Origin: Candidatus Bathyarchaeota archaeon
Lineage (GTDB): Archaea; Thermoproteota; Bathyarchaeia; Bathyarchaeales; Bathycorpusculaceae
Reading direction: 5' to 3'
DNA length: 64,000 nucleotides
Assembly: GCA_963767735.1 (NCBI GenBank)
Contig: CAVYES010000007.1
Coordinates: forward strand, 64,001-128,000
The notes beneath the pieces are model-generated. The model searched no databases and had not been told where the DNA came from. It saw only the letters and a list, made by a program, of their open reading frames with translations. Below, one piece after another: positions 49,555-60,193 of the stretch. A program made the position numbers and the translations under genes. Numbering within the stretch: position 1 is the stretch's first letter; every line of letters begins with the position of its first letter.

Positions 49555-50040
49555 TTACTTTAGTTTCTTTACTGATTCGTTTGCCTTTTCGAGCTCCTTC
49601 TTCTTTGAGGCTTGGTAATTTTTAACTCTGTCAGCCATCTCGCTGTCGCCTAAAGCAAAGATTTTCGCAACAGCAATCGCCGCGCCCTCAGACTCTATGG
49701 TTACTAATGAGCCTATGCCGCTTGGCACTCTGAGCGAAGAGATGATGTCTGCTCCGCCGAATTTTTCACTGTAGGGGGGGCACGCGATGACGGGTTTAGA
49801 AGTGTTGCCATCAATGAAAGCGCTTAGGGCATTGGAGCGTCCGGCAACGGTGACGTAAACTAGTTTTTCGTTTTCGAATTCTTTGATTATTTCAATGACT
49901 TTTTCCGGAGTCTTGTGTGCTGAAGCAACCCGAAACTCATAGCTAACTCCCAAAAGCTTAAGGTACTTTGCAATTTCTCGGGAAAAATCCAAATCCCGCT
50001 CTGAACCCATAATAATTAACGCTTTTCCAGACATGACCAT
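49555..50040 (-). CDS. purE: AIR carboxylase / N5-CAIR mutase
   Basis: IMGSERD, SAHKTP, AGRSNALS, PVIACPP. Confidence 0.93.
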   Translation of the reverse strand: MVMSGKALIIMGSERDLDFSREIAKYLKLLGVSYEFRVASAHKTPEKVIEIIKEFENEKLVYVTVAGRSNALSAFIDGNTSKPVIACPPYSEKFGGADIISSLRVPSGIGSLVTIESEGAAIAVAKIFALGDSEMADRVKNYQASKKKELEKANESVKKLK

Positions 50041-50101
50041 TTCCCAATAATCTAACTGAAAACAGGCTAATTAACTAACCTATTTAAACTGTGTTGGAAA
50101 G

Positions 50102-50614
50102 CTAACCAAGCAGCCCGAGCAAAATCTTTGTTAGCCGATCAGCTGCCGCTTGAACTTCAGCGGTCAACCCTTCACCGAACTCCACGTTTTTGGGCTCAAT
50201 TAGTAGTAAAGCAATTTTTGTTCCCGTCGTTTGCTTAAGGTATTCACAGAAAATCCGAAGGGGCAAAAAATGCGTCGTGATCGCCGAAGAATCTTCTATC
50301 TTTTCAGAATCTACCAATCTTGCTTCCCCGGGATTTAAACCTAAAAAGGCAGCATCAATTAACAGGACATGAGTTGGTTTAAACTCCTCGATTTCAAAGA
50401 GGTAGCTTTCTGGCACTGTCTCGCATTCCAGGAGGCAAACCGTTTCTGGAAGCTTGCCTTTTAGTTTTTCCACGATGTTTAATCCTACATAGTCATCTAA
50501 GCGTATGGAGTTGCCGATGCCCGCTATGACGACTTTCTTTGCATCTAAAAACCAGTTTTTAAGCTCTCTTTCAATTTCATCCGGCATCGAAGCACCAATG
50601 CAAATGAATGACAT
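50102..50614 (-). CDS. Hydrogenase maturation protease (HycI-like)
   Basis: GIGNSIRLDD, ETVPE, IDAA, TTH.LPL. Confidence 0.92.
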   Translation of the reverse strand: MSFICIGASMPDEIERELKNWFLDAKKVVIAGIGNSIRLDDYVGLNIVEKLKGKLPETVCLLECETVPESYLFEIEEFKPTHVLLIDAAFLGLNPGEARLVDSEKIEDSSAITTHFLPLRIFCEYLKQTTGTKIALLLIEPKNVEFGEGLTAEVQAAADRLTKILLGLLG

Positions 50615-50645
50615 TAATGGTAGAAAAGGTTTACCACCTATTATC

Positions 50646-51137
50646 CTAAAAGAGCGAGCTAACTAATTTGGGGGTAAGTGTTTGACACCAGGCGGCGATT
50701 TGTTTTTCTGACTCCTCTTTGTTTGCTAAAGGGTTAAGTATTGAGAAGTCTGCGATGAAGTTAGAGTTTGGCATTAATGCTTTTGTTTGCTCAATAGCCT
50801 GAGGTTTTTTCCCTCCTCCCGCAAAGAAAACCGCAACCTTCTTCCCTGAAAGGTCATTCTTTTTTAGGTAAGTTGCGATTGCGGGGCTTGGTCGTCCTGC
50901 CCAAACAGAAGTTCCAACAATTACTAAGTCGTAGCTGGAGGGTGATTTTGTGGTCGGGGCTATCTTGGTTTCTTTGCCGAGCCTAGCAGCAAAACCGCCA
51001 CTAAGAAAACCGAATATGCCGTTTTGCTTTTTCAAGTCGATAACTTCTTCGATGTCCGCGCCGATTTCTGCCGCAATGGTTTCAGCGACGAAGCGTTCGT
51101 TACCTGTTCGGGAATAGTAAACAACAAGACTCTTCAA
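50646..51137 (-). CDS. Flavodoxin family protein
   Basis: VVYYSRTGN, YDLVIVGTSVWAG, GKKVAVF. Confidence 0.88.
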   Translation of the reverse strand: MKSLVVYYSRTGNERFVAETIAAEIGADIEEVIDLKKQNGIFGFLSGGFAARLGKETKIAPTTKSPSSYDLVIVGTSVWAGRPSPAIATYLKKNDLSGKKVAVFFAGGGKKPQAIEQTKALMPNSNFIADFSILNPLANKEESEKQIAAWCQTLTPKLVSSLF

Positions 51138-51213
51138 TTGTAATCCCAGCCAAAGCTGTATTGAAAAGCGAACGCTTATAAGATTTGCTTCGAAGACGAT
51201 GAACAGAGTAAAA

Positions 51214-51749
51214 GTGAACTACTCGCCTCTTCCGAGGCGAGCATCCACATCTAATTTTTGTTGATATATTCCTCTATTTTCGCACTAGTAACAACGCCTG
51301 CAGTTCTTACAGCATAGCCCTCAGACCACAAATGCCCACCCCAAAGCTGCAACCTAATCTCAGGAAACTCCTCAAACAGCAGTTTAGCAGAATTACACTT
51401 CAAGACACGCACCATCTCAGGTATACATAGCTTTGGCCGAGCTGAAACAAACACGTGAATATGGTCGCCATGATGAACTTTGGCAGCCATCAGTTGGAAG
51501 CCGTGTGTAGTAGCAATCGTTTTAAGTACTTCCTCCAATCTAACCTCAACTGAGCCTAGAAGTACCTTGCGCCGGTATTTGGTGGCCCAGATAAGGTGGT
51601 AGTTAGCTTGGTAAGCACACGATCTTGCTTTCTCCAAGTCTATCACCCCCCCTTATCCAATGGTGACAGACCTATCGGCTTGAACGGCTAATAGAACTGC
51701 GGGTTGGACGCATTCATCCTGCCGCTAACGCGGCAGGTATTCTGCTAAG
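51214..51749 (-). mobile_element. IS200/IS605-family element, tnpA only, with subterminal hairpins
   Basis: Hairpins CTCGCCTC-TTCC-GAGGCGAG (51222-51241) and CCTGCCGC-TAAC-GCGGCAGG (51718-51737) bracket tnpA. Confidence 0.85.
51251..51646 (-). CDS. tnpA: Y1 HUH transposase
   Basis: YHLIWATKYRR, DHIH, LWSEGY, IEEYI. Confidence 0.95.
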   Translation of the reverse strand: MIDLEKARSCAYQANYHLIWATKYRRKVLLGSVEVRLEEVLKTIATTHGFQLMAAKVHHGDHIHVFVSARPKLCIPEMVRVLKCNSAKLLFEEFPEIRLQLWGGHLWSEGYAVRTAGVVTSAKIEEYINKN

Positions 51750-51798
51750 TTTTTTATAAAATAAAGAAAAGATTGCCCTTAAGAAAAAGGCGGTTAAA

Positions 51799-53253
51799 TT
51801 AACGTTTTACTGTGCTGATTAACTGTTTTTCAGCGTTGAAAACTTCAACTGTCAGCGGCATTTGTCCAACTGCAAAGTGTGTTGCGCATCCGAAGCATGG
51901 GTCGTAGGCTCTGAAAGCCATTTCAACCATGTTCAGTATGCCTTGGTCAACTTTGCCTTTGTGGATTAAGCCTTTGGCTGCGTCGCGAATGCTCATGCAT
52001 ATTGCTGGGTAATTGTTTGTGGTTGCAACAATTAGGTTTACGTCTTTGACAAGCGCATCTTTGTCTAATGTGTAGTGGTGAATCAACGTGCCTCTTGCGG
52101 CCTCCACTATGCCGATGCCTTCGCCTGGTTCTCCCGGCGTGTTACGGACGTTTGTGCTGGTGATTTCTGGATCTTTAACCAGCTCCATGGTTCTTTCTGT
52201 GGCGTAGAGGAGCTCGATTAAGCGTGCCCAGTGGAAAGCCAGTGTGCTGTGGACTGGTTTGCCGCCTAGTGTCTTGTACATTACTTCGTATTCTGCCTGC
52301 GCTAAGGGTGTTGCCATTCCGTCAGAAGCGTTTAATCGTCCAAGTGGACCGACACGGTAAACACCGCTGTCTGCGCCTGCAACTTGGCCTTTCCAGCCAA
52401 CGGCTTTGAGATATGGGAACTTGCTGTATGTCCATTCTTCGACGTGTTCGCCGATGTGTTTGAGGTAGTCTTTTGATTCGAACTTTAGGAATTCTTTGCC
52501 GGTTGGGTCTACAACGCGGATTTTGCCGTCGTAAAAGTTTACTTTGTTGTTTTCGTCAACCATTCCCATGTAGTAGGTTGGCATCGTGTAGGCTTGGCTT
52601 TTGATTAGGTCGACGTATTTGGTGTTGCCTAAAACGATGTCATGGAAAATTTTAAGCGTGAACTGTGCGAAGTTTACGCATGAAGAAGCCATTTGCTCGA
52701 TTTCTTGCCTGTTTTCTTCGCTCAGTGGCTTGGAGATTCCGCCTGGTAGTCCGCAAACTGGGTGGGTTGCTTTTCCTCCGATGATTTCAGTTATTTTTTG
52801 TCCGTATGCCCTGTGTTTTATGACCTCTTTTGCAACTGGCAAACCAGCTTTCTCAATGACGCCGAGTATGTTGCGTTTTTCTGCTGGTGCGTCTGGTCCA
52901 ACTATGAAGTCGGGTCCGCCAAGGAAGTAGAAGTGGAGTATGTGATCGTAGATATAGTAGCCATTGTACATTAGCGCGCGTAGTTTTTTAGCGGCTGAAG
53001 GTGGTTCAACATTGAATGCTGCATCTAAGGCTTTCACTGCTGCAAAATGGTGAGCTACAGGACAGACACCGCAGATTCTGGTCGTGAGCTGCGGCATGAG
53101 TTCTGCTTTTCTGCCGATGCAAAATTTCTCGAAGCCTCTTAGTTCTGGAATTTTAAGGTAAGCATTTTCTACTTCACCTTGATCATTTAGGAATATGGAT
53201 ACGTTTCCGTGTCCTTCAAGACGAGTGATTGGGTCTATAATTATTTCTTTCAT
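51799..53253 (-). CDS. mvhA: [NiFe] hydrogenase large subunit, group 3c
   Basis: DPITRLEGHG, RICGVC, RAYDPCFGCATH. Confidence 0.92.
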   Translation of the reverse strand: MKEIIIDPITRLEGHGNVSIFLNDQGEVENAYLKIPELRGFEKFCIGRKAELMPQLTTRICGVCPVAHHFAAVKALDAAFNVEPPSAAKKLRALMYNGYYIYDHILHFYFLGGPDFIVGPDAPAEKRNILGVIEKAGLPVAKEVIKHRAYGQKITEIIGGKATHPVCGLPGGISKPLSEENRQEIEQMASSCVNFAQFTLKIFHDIVLGNTKYVDLIKSQAYTMPTYYMGMVDENNKVNFYDGKIRVVDPTGKEFLKFESKDYLKHIGEHVEEWTYSKFPYLKAVGWKGQVAGADSGVYRVGPLGRLNASDGMATPLAQAEYEVMYKTLGGKPVHSTLAFHWARLIELLYATERTMELVKDPEITSTNVRNTPGEPGEGIGIVEAARGTLIHHYTLDKDALVKDVNLIVATTNNYPAICMSIRDAAKGLIHKGKVDQGILNMVEMAFRAYDPCFGCATHFAVGQMPLTVEVFNAEKQLISTVKR

Positions 53254-54239
53254 TTTTTAATCACCTTTCTTTTAAGAATCGAAGCTGGAAGTGAATACAT
53301 GAAGAATGAGCCGACAGGATCCTTTACTTGGCTAAGCAAAGTCTCAATCTCTTTTTCAGTGTATTTCGCCTTTCCTGGTTCACCATCATACCCCAGTATT
53401 GAAGCTAAAGCGGATATCATTGCTGCTCCTTGATCGGGCACGTTCGGAGCTGGACCACCGCACCCTGTGCACGGCATGTCAACCTTTAAGCATTGAGCGC
53501 CGCAGCCACTTCTGGTTGCAAGTCCCATGCAGATGATGCCTTGTTCAAGGAGGCATTTTTCTGGCTCAGGAACCTTCTCGTAGACTCGGTAGATTTTGTC
53601 GATTTTTTTGTTTTCGCGTTTTCTTGGGCATTCGTCGCATACTGCTTTGAGGGGTGCAAGTACCGAGCCTTTTGGCGGCAGCTTGTTGCTTGCTATTGCA
53701 TCTACTGCACCAGCGATTAGTTTGACTGGCGGTGGACAACCTGGGAGGTAATAATCCACATCTACCGTTTGCGCTAAGGTTTTTACTGTGTCGTAGAACT
53801 CGGGGATTTTAAGTGTGCCTTCTTTGACTTGAGTTTGAGTTTTAGGTATAGTTGCTTGTGGGTTAACGTTTGATTTGTCTTTTATGTAAACTTGATCGAA
53901 AATTTCTTTCTTGTCATTTAAGTTCGCTAGTCCTGGCACGCTTCCTTGGTGAGCGCATGAGCCGAAAGCAACAAGGGTTTTTGATTTTTCTCTCAGCACC
54001 TTGGCCATGTGTTCTTGTTCGGAGTTGCGTATTGAACCGTTGAAGAATGTTATGTCAATTGACTTGTCAGGCATTGCTTCGACGTCTTTGTATTTGATGT
54101 CGATGGCTACTGGCCAAAAAACTATGTCGGCTAATGCTACTACGTCAAGGATTTTCTCGTTTAAGTCTAAGACGGCTATTTCGCAGCCGCCGCAACTTGC
54201 AGCCCAGTAAAAGGCTATTTTTAACTTGTTTTTACTCAT
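53250..54239 (-). CDS. mvhG: [NiFe] hydrogenase small subunit
   Basis: ASCGGC, FGSCA, PGCPP, VCDEC, CLLEQGIICMG, PCTGC. Confidence 0.92.
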   Translation of the reverse strand: MSKNKLKIAFYWAASCGGCEIAVLDLNEKILDVVALADIVFWPVAIDIKYKDVEAMPDKSIDITFFNGSIRNSEQEHMAKVLREKSKTLVAFGSCAHQGSVPGLANLNDKKEIFDQVYIKDKSNVNPQATIPKTQTQVKEGTLKIPEFYDTVKTLAQTVDVDYYLPGCPPPVKLIAGAVDAIASNKLPPKGSVLAPLKAVCDECPRKRENKKIDKIYRVYEKVPEPEKCLLEQGIICMGLATRSGCGAQCLKVDMPCTGCGGPAPNVPDQGAAMISALASILGYDGEPGKAKYTEKEIETLLSQVKDPVGSFFMYSLPASILKRKVIKK

Positions 54240-55129
54240 TGTTTGTTTACTCCCTCAGTTACTTGTTTTAGGATTTTTGATGCGTTTACTCGGAGTTCGT
54301 TGAAGGCTAATTCTTCAGGTGTTAAGCCCATTGCTAACCCGAGTAGCTGTGGGTAATGGAGTATTGGAATCCCATAGGTTTCATTAAACGTTTTCTCTAT
54401 TCGCAACTCGTTTGTGTCGTACATTATGTGGCAAAATGGACAAATTGTGATTAACGCTTGAGCCTCAACCATTTTTACGTGGTTTAGTTTGTCTCGTGCG
54501 AGTTGCAGTGCAATTTTGTCGCTGACTCCGACGCTTGGTGCTCCACAGCACTCGGTTTCGTCAATGTAGTCTAGGCATGCGGCTCCCGTTGCTTCGATGA
54601 GCATCTTGAGGGTTTGCGGGTCTTCGGGGTCGTCAAAGCCAATGTATTCTTTGGGTCTCAGGACGTGACAGCCGTTGTGTTCAGCGACTTTAAGCATGGT
54701 AAGCGGCTTTACGATGGAGGCTTTTATTTTTTCTATACCCACGTCTTCCTTTAGAAATTGCAGCAGATGTTTTGTTTCAATGGTTCCTTTAAATTCTAAC
54801 CCTGCTTCTTTGAGGTGACAGTTAATTTGCTCTTTTAGGGCTTTGTCTTCTTTTAGGATTTTATTAACTTTCTTGAGCGTGCCTGCGCAACCCGGACAAA
54901 GCGTGAGAATATTCAAGCCTTGTTGTTCTGCCAGTGCCAAGTTTTTGGCTGCTAAAATAAGCATGGTTTCATGGCTCACGGGATCTAACGGTAAACCGCA
55001 ACAGTTGAACTCAGGCATTTCAACCAGGTCAACGCCAAGTTTAGTGAGCACTTTGCGTGCGGAAATCTCGTAAGCTGAAACCCGGTACGGGATAGCGCAT
55101 CCAAGAAAAATGAGGCACTTATTGCCCAT
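54236..55129 (-). CDS. hdrB: Heterodisulfide reductase subunit B
   Basis: Two CCG domains (NCCG..CPGC; ECCG..CPFC), HYPQLLGLAMG. Confidence 0.93.
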   Translation of the reverse strand: MGNKCLIFLGCAIPYRVSAYEISARKVLTKLGVDLVEMPEFNCCGLPLDPVSHETMLILAAKNLALAEQQGLNILTLCPGCAGTLKKVNKILKEDKALKEQINCHLKEAGLEFKGTIETKHLLQFLKEDVGIEKIKASIVKPLTMLKVAEHNGCHVLRPKEYIGFDDPEDPQTLKMLIEATGAACLDYIDETECCGAPSVGVSDKIALQLARDKLNHVKMVEAQALITICPFCHIMYDTNELRIEKTFNETYGIPILHYPQLLGLAMGLTPEELAFNELRVNASKILKQVTEGVNKQ

Positions 55130-55676
55130 TCGTTTTTTCTCCAGTTGTCGGTTGGATGCTTTCGACGAATTTTACGCCTTTGAGCGCTTTCCGCACCTTC
55201 TCCGGATTACCTTTCGGCAGTGGCGGTAAACATTGCGATTCACGCTTTTTGATTCTTAACTCAGGAATCTTATAAGCATAACCTGATTCAAGCAGGCTGG
55301 CGGCTTGCTCTTTGAAAACTTGAGGTATGCAGCCATTTTCCACGGCTAAATTGCGAAGTACACGGATTACGCTTGCCACTTCAACATCCTGTGGACAGCG
55401 GTCTGTGCATGTGAAGCAAGCGGCGCATAACCATAACGTGTCGCTTTTAAGCACGCGGTCACGAAGGCCAAGTTGAGCCATGTGGATTAGGGTTCGCGGA
55501 CGGTAACTATCGCTGAATCTTGCAACTGGACAGACTGAAGTGCATGTTCCACATTCGAAACACTTGAGAATTTTTTCGCTTCCGTGCATTTTAAGCAGTT
55601 CATACTTAAATTTAGGGTCTAGCTCGGAAGCTCTTATAGGCTCTTTATGTAACGTTATTGAGGATGTTTCAGTCAT
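55119..55676 (-). CDS. hdrC: Heterodisulfide reductase subunit C
   Basis: CFECGTCTSVCP, WLCAACFTCTDRCP. Confidence 0.93.
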   Translation of the reverse strand: MTETSSITLHKEPIRASELDPKFKYELLKMHGSEKILKCFECGTCTSVCPVARFSDSYRPRTLIHMAQLGLRDRVLKSDTLWLCAACFTCTDRCPQDVEVASVIRVLRNLAVENGCIPQVFKEQAASLLESGYAYKIPELRIKKRESQCLPPLPKGNPEKVRKALKGVKFVESIQPTTGEKTNGQ

Positions 55677-55856
55677 GTGTAATTCACTTTGACTGTAGCA
55701 CCAAACGTGCTTATTTCAATCAGAATGCCAAACTCAACTAAATAAATGTTCAGCCGAAGCTTAGACTATTCTTCCATGTTTTATTCAGCGTTTTCTCTTT
55801 CCAGCCGCTTCATTAAAAAACTAATTATATTAAATAAAAATTAAAATTGTGCTGGT

Positions 55857-57302
55857 TTACCTTATTTTGCGGTCAACCAGTTTGCCATCAGCATCGACCA
55901 GTTTTATGTCTAAGGGCATTTTGCCAACGGCGTGTGTTGCACAGCTTAAGCATGGGTCGAACGCTCGGATTACTGCTTCAACACGATTGAGCATGCCTTC
56001 TTGAAGCTGTTTTGCTTTTACGTATTTTTTGGCCACCTGTGTTATTGCCATGTTGTAGGCGAGGTTGTTGTGTTCTGTTGCGATCATCATGTTGTTCGAT
56101 GTGATTAGTCCTTGCGGGTCAACTTTGTAGTGGTGGATTAGTGTGCCTCTTGGTGCTTCAGCTACTCCGACGCCTTCATACTTGTTTACCATTGCTTTGG
56201 ATGTAACGTGTTCGGAGAGGATTTCTGGGTCTTCAAGAAGTTTTTTGGCGGTTTCAACACAGAACAGCAACTCCACCAATCGTGCGTAGTGATAGTGGAA
56301 GGTGCTTTGAACCACGCCGTTCTTGCCCAGTTTCTTGAATTCTTTCAGTTCTTGGTCTGCAAGCGGTGTATCGCAGTGAGAAGCAACATTAAGTCTTGCT
56401 AATGGTCCGACTCGGTAGGCGCCGTCTGGGTAACCGATGGCTTTGAAGTATGGGAACTTCATGAAGGACCATGGTTCAACGGCTTCACCGATAAATTCAT
56501 TGTACTTTGCTGGGTCAACGCATTCCGCCGCTACTTTGCCATTTTTATCCATTATGCGGATTTTGCCATCGTAATGTTCAAGTCCGCCGTCAGGAGTCAC
56601 CAAACCCATATAGTAAGTTGGGAAGTTGCCGAAGTTTTCAACTTCTTCGCTCAAATCCATCTAAGCATTTTCTTGAACAAGGCAATGGTTTTCAGTGTGC
56701 TTTCTAGGGCTTCAGGCAGATTAGCTATCAGGTAATCAGCTCTTTCTTTTGTTAGTGGCCATTTGGCGCCGCCTGGCAGTATCCAGTCGCTGAGTGGATT
56801 CGTTTGCCAGCGATTTTCTCGATGATTTCTTGACCGAACTTTCGAAGTTTAATACCTTGCCGTGCAAGTTCTGGGTCTTTCTCGATTAAGCCGAAGACGT
56901 TTCTTACTGCTGGGTCTGAGTCCATACCTAAAAGCAGGTCAGGTGAGGAGAGGTGGTAGAAGTTTAAGGCGTGAGATTGAATTAGTTGCCCCATATGCAT
57001 TAAGCGTCTTAGCATTATTGCTGTTTTTGGTGGGCTAACTCCGACGATGGCGTCGCATGCTTTGGCTGAAGCTAACAGGTGGCTTACTGGGCAGATGCCG
57101 CAGGCTCTAGAAGTTATGCTTGGCATTTCATAGAATGGTCTGCCTTCAGTGAATTTTTCAAAACCTCTGAAGTCAGTTACTTGGAACCTTGCTTCTTTTA
57201 CTGAATCATCGTTGTTTAGGAAGATGGTTACTTGAGCGTGCCCTTCTATTCTTGTTATTGGGCTATTACGATTTGTTTACAGTCTTTTTGTTCTTTAACC
57301 AT
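55857..57302 (-). CDS. hoxH: Group 3d [NiFe] hydrogenase large subunit (frameshifts near 57265, 56785 and 56660)
   Basis: [31 protein letters not shown] across fragments. Confidence 0.88.
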
Positions 57303-57838
57303 ATTTTGATTTACCCTCCATGTTTGGTGTTCTGCCAGCCAACAGCTCAGTTAACACGTAGTTAATCAGGTCTGCTGATGGCGGACACCCAGGAATGAAA
57401 AAGTCAACTTTAACAGCTTCGTGAAGCGGGCGAGCCTTAACAAGCAGTTTTGGCACATTGGTCTGGTATTGAGCGTTTAAATCAGACTTTTCAATGTATG
57501 CTCGTTCCATGATTGCTTGATCACTGTGACGCCAAGAATTTCTTAGATGCGGTAACGTTTCCTGTTACGGCGCAATCACCAAGTGAAATCAAAACTTTTG
57601 TTCTAGCTCTTACCTTCTGAAGCATGTGCAGTTGCTCTTCGTTTGCTATTGCGCCTTCGATGAGTGTTACGTCAACGTTTTCTGGAAATTCCTTTACGTC
57701 AGCGATTGGGCTGTAAACTAACTGTATTTTCTGGGCTAAATCAATAAGTCGCTCATCTTGGTCTAGGAATGACATGTGGCAGCCTGAGCAGCCGCTAAGC
57801 CAAACGGTGGCGACTCTAACTTTTCCTTGTGCGGTCAT
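57295..57838 (-). CDS. hoxY: Hox hydrogenase small subunit (frameshift near 57548)
   Basis: [28 protein letters not shown]; short form. Confidence 0.88.
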
Positions 57839-58544
57839 TTGCGGTTCCTCCTTGCCAAGATAAACTCGGCAATATCTTTACGCTTGGTATGGTCGATGGG
57901 TTCTGCTTCAATGTAGATTGCTCCTACAGGGCAAACTTTTGCGCATTTGCGGCATGAAGTGCAAGAGCAAGAATTAGCCCAGTGTTCATCAAGATCCATG
58001 ATTACTTGAGAGTCTTTACCTCGTAGCTTAAGGTCAAGCGTGTGAACGCCTTCAATTTGATCACAGACACGAATGCATCGAGTACACAAAATGCATCTGT
58101 TGCGGTCAATAACTAAGAAGTCATGAGTTAGAATCAATTTGATCATTGCTCCAGTTTCGCTCAAACATGACATGGTCAACGCCCAGCTGGTTTGCCAACG
58201 CTTGCAGTTCACAGTGGTCGTTAGCTACACAGACTGAGCAGATGTGAGTTCGCTCAGCAAGAAGCATTTGCACAACCATCTTGCGGTGATCTTTAAGCCT
58301 GTCTGAATTGGTTGTAATTTCCATTCCTGGTCCTACTGGTGTTGTGCAAGCAGGGAAGAGCTTTGGTGAACCGCTAATTTCAACTAGGCACATGCGGCAG
58401 CCGCCATAGGCAGTTAAACCTTCTAGGTTGCATAATGTGGGAATTATGATGCCGTTATCTTTAGCAGCTTTCAGAATGGTGGTGCCTTCAGGAACTGAAA
58501 CTTCAATGCCGTCAATTTTGAGTTTAACACTTTGAAACGATCAT
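57835..58544 (-). CDS. hoxU: Hox diaphorase Fe-S subunit (frameshifts near 58535 and 58132)
   Basis: [39 protein letters not shown]. Confidence 0.88.
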
Positions 58545-58546
58545 GT

Positions 58547-60193
58547 TTATTCTTCCTCCTTAGCCTTCTTGAAGCATTTACCCGCTTCACACTTCTTTTC
58601 AACGATATGTTTGATGTATTCATCTTTGAAGTATCGAAGAGTAGTTATAACTGGATTAGGAGCTGTTTGACCAAGACCGCAAAGGCTTGCATCCCGTATG
58701 AAGACACCGGATTTCTCCAGAGTGGTAATGTCTTCCATTTTTCCGTCGCCTGTAGTAATTTTGTCATATATTTCTTTAACTCGGGCTAAGCCTGCTCTGC
58801 ATGGAGTACATTTGCCGCATGATTCGTCTACACAGAATTCGGTGAAGAACCTTGCAGTATCAACCATACAGGATTCATCGTCAAGTACTACGATACCGCC
58901 TGAACCCATAATTGCTCCAACTTTTGTTAATGACTCATAGTCGATTGGAGATTCAAGCAATGTTTCAGGTAGGCAACCGCCTGAAGGACCGCCTACAAGG
59001 ACAGCTTTGAATTTTTTTCCGTCAGGAACGCCACCGCCGATTTCGAATACTACTTCTCTAAGGGTGATTCCCATTGGCACTTCGATTAAGCCTGGATTGT
59101 TAACTTTCCCAGTTAATGAGAAGCATTTGGTTCCACTGCATCTTGGCGTGCCCATCTTTGAGAACCATAAGCCGCCGTTTTGTATGATTAGCGGTATGTT
59201 GGCTAAGGTTTCAACGTTCTGTATAAGCGTTGGTTTCTGCCATAAACCAGAGTTTGCTGGGTATGGTGGACGTGGACGAGGCATTGCTCTGCGACCTTCA
59301 ACTGAGGCAAGAATAGCTGTTTCTTCTCCAGCTACGAATGCGCCTGCGCCGAACCGTAGTTCAAGGTCAAACTTGAACTGAGTCTCCAAAATATTATCAC
59401 CTAGTAATGACATTGCTTTTGCTTGAGCTATAGCTTTCACTAACGTTTGAATAGCTAATGGATACTCGGACCTAATGTAAATGTAACCTTTTTCTGCTCC
59501 AACAGCATAAGCGGCAATAAGCATGCCTTCGATAATAGCGTGCGGATCAGCTTCAGCTAAGGTTCTGTTTGCGAAGACACCTGGGTCTCCTTCGTCTAAG
59601 TTGGCAACTATGTATTTTGGAGAGTTGTGTGCCCTTGATACAAGAGCCCATTTTTGCCCAGTTGGGAAACCTGCGCCGCCTCGACCTCTAAGACCGCTGG
59701 TTGTAACTTCGTATATTACACCTTGCGGCGTCATTGTTGCGAGACATTTAGCTATGGCAGAGTAGCCGCCTGCAGAAATGTAATCTTGAATTCTTGAAGG
59801 GTCAATTTTTCCAGCATTGCGCAAGACAAGTCGATGTTGCTTTTTGAAGTAAGCTTCATTTTTGTACAGCATTTCTTTAACTGGTAAACCAAGAACTATG
59901 TGGTCACGAACTATTTCTCTCACTGTTTCCGGAGTAACGGCTTGGTAAAGGTAGTCTCCCGGTTCAATTAGCACTGCTGGACCAACAGAGCATGTGCCGA
60001 TACAGCCTGTACGCGCAACTTTGCATTCCTTATCTACGCCGAATTCTTTTACGGCATCTTCGAATGCTTTCAGTACTTTGAATGCTCCGAAAGGAACACA
60101 TCCGCTTGAACAGCAAACGTTAATGCGGTATTTGTAAGCTTTTTGAAAATCAAGTTCTTGCTCTGTTATTTTTTGAAGATCAGCTAGTTTCAG
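58547..60193 (-). CDS. hoxF: Hox diaphorase NADH/FMN subunit (NuoF-like), probable CTG start
   Basis: Frame is open upstream of 59974 (VCCSSGC, TGCIGTC) back to a CTG after GGAGGA; GRGGAGFPTG, DEGDPG, ESCGKCTPC, SLCGLG. Confidence 0.92.
   Translation of the reverse strand: MKLADLQKITEQELDFQKAYKYRINVCCSSGCVPFGAFKVLKAFEDAVKEFGVDKECKVARTGCIGTCSVGPAVLIEPGDYLYQAVTPETVREIVRDHIVLGLPVKEMLYKNEAYFKKQHRLVLRNAGKIDPSRIQDYISAGGYSAIAKCLATMTPQGVIYEVTTSGLRGRGGAGFPTGQKWALVSRAHNSPKYIVANLDEGDPGVFANRTLAEADPHAIIEGMLIAAYAVGAEKGYIYIRSEYPLAIQTLVKAIAQAKAMSLLGDNILETQFKFDLELRFGAGAFVAGEETAILASVEGRRAMPRPRPPYPANSGLWQKPTLIQNVETLANIPLIIQNGGLWFSKMGTPRCSGTKCFSLTGKVNNPGLIEVPMGITLREVVFEIGGGVPDGKKFKAVLVGGPSGGCLPETLLESPIDYESLTKVGAIMGSGGIVVLDDESCMVDTARFFTEFCVDESCGKCTPCRAGLARVKEIYDKITTGDGKMEDITTLEKSGVFIRDASLCGLGQTAPNPVITTLRYFKDEYIKHIVEKKCEAGKCFKKAKEEE

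Noticed and set aside
51799-57302. Selenocysteine recoding in the hydrogenases
   Set aside because: Both large subunits have Cys in DPCxxC; breaks are frame changes, not in-frame TGA
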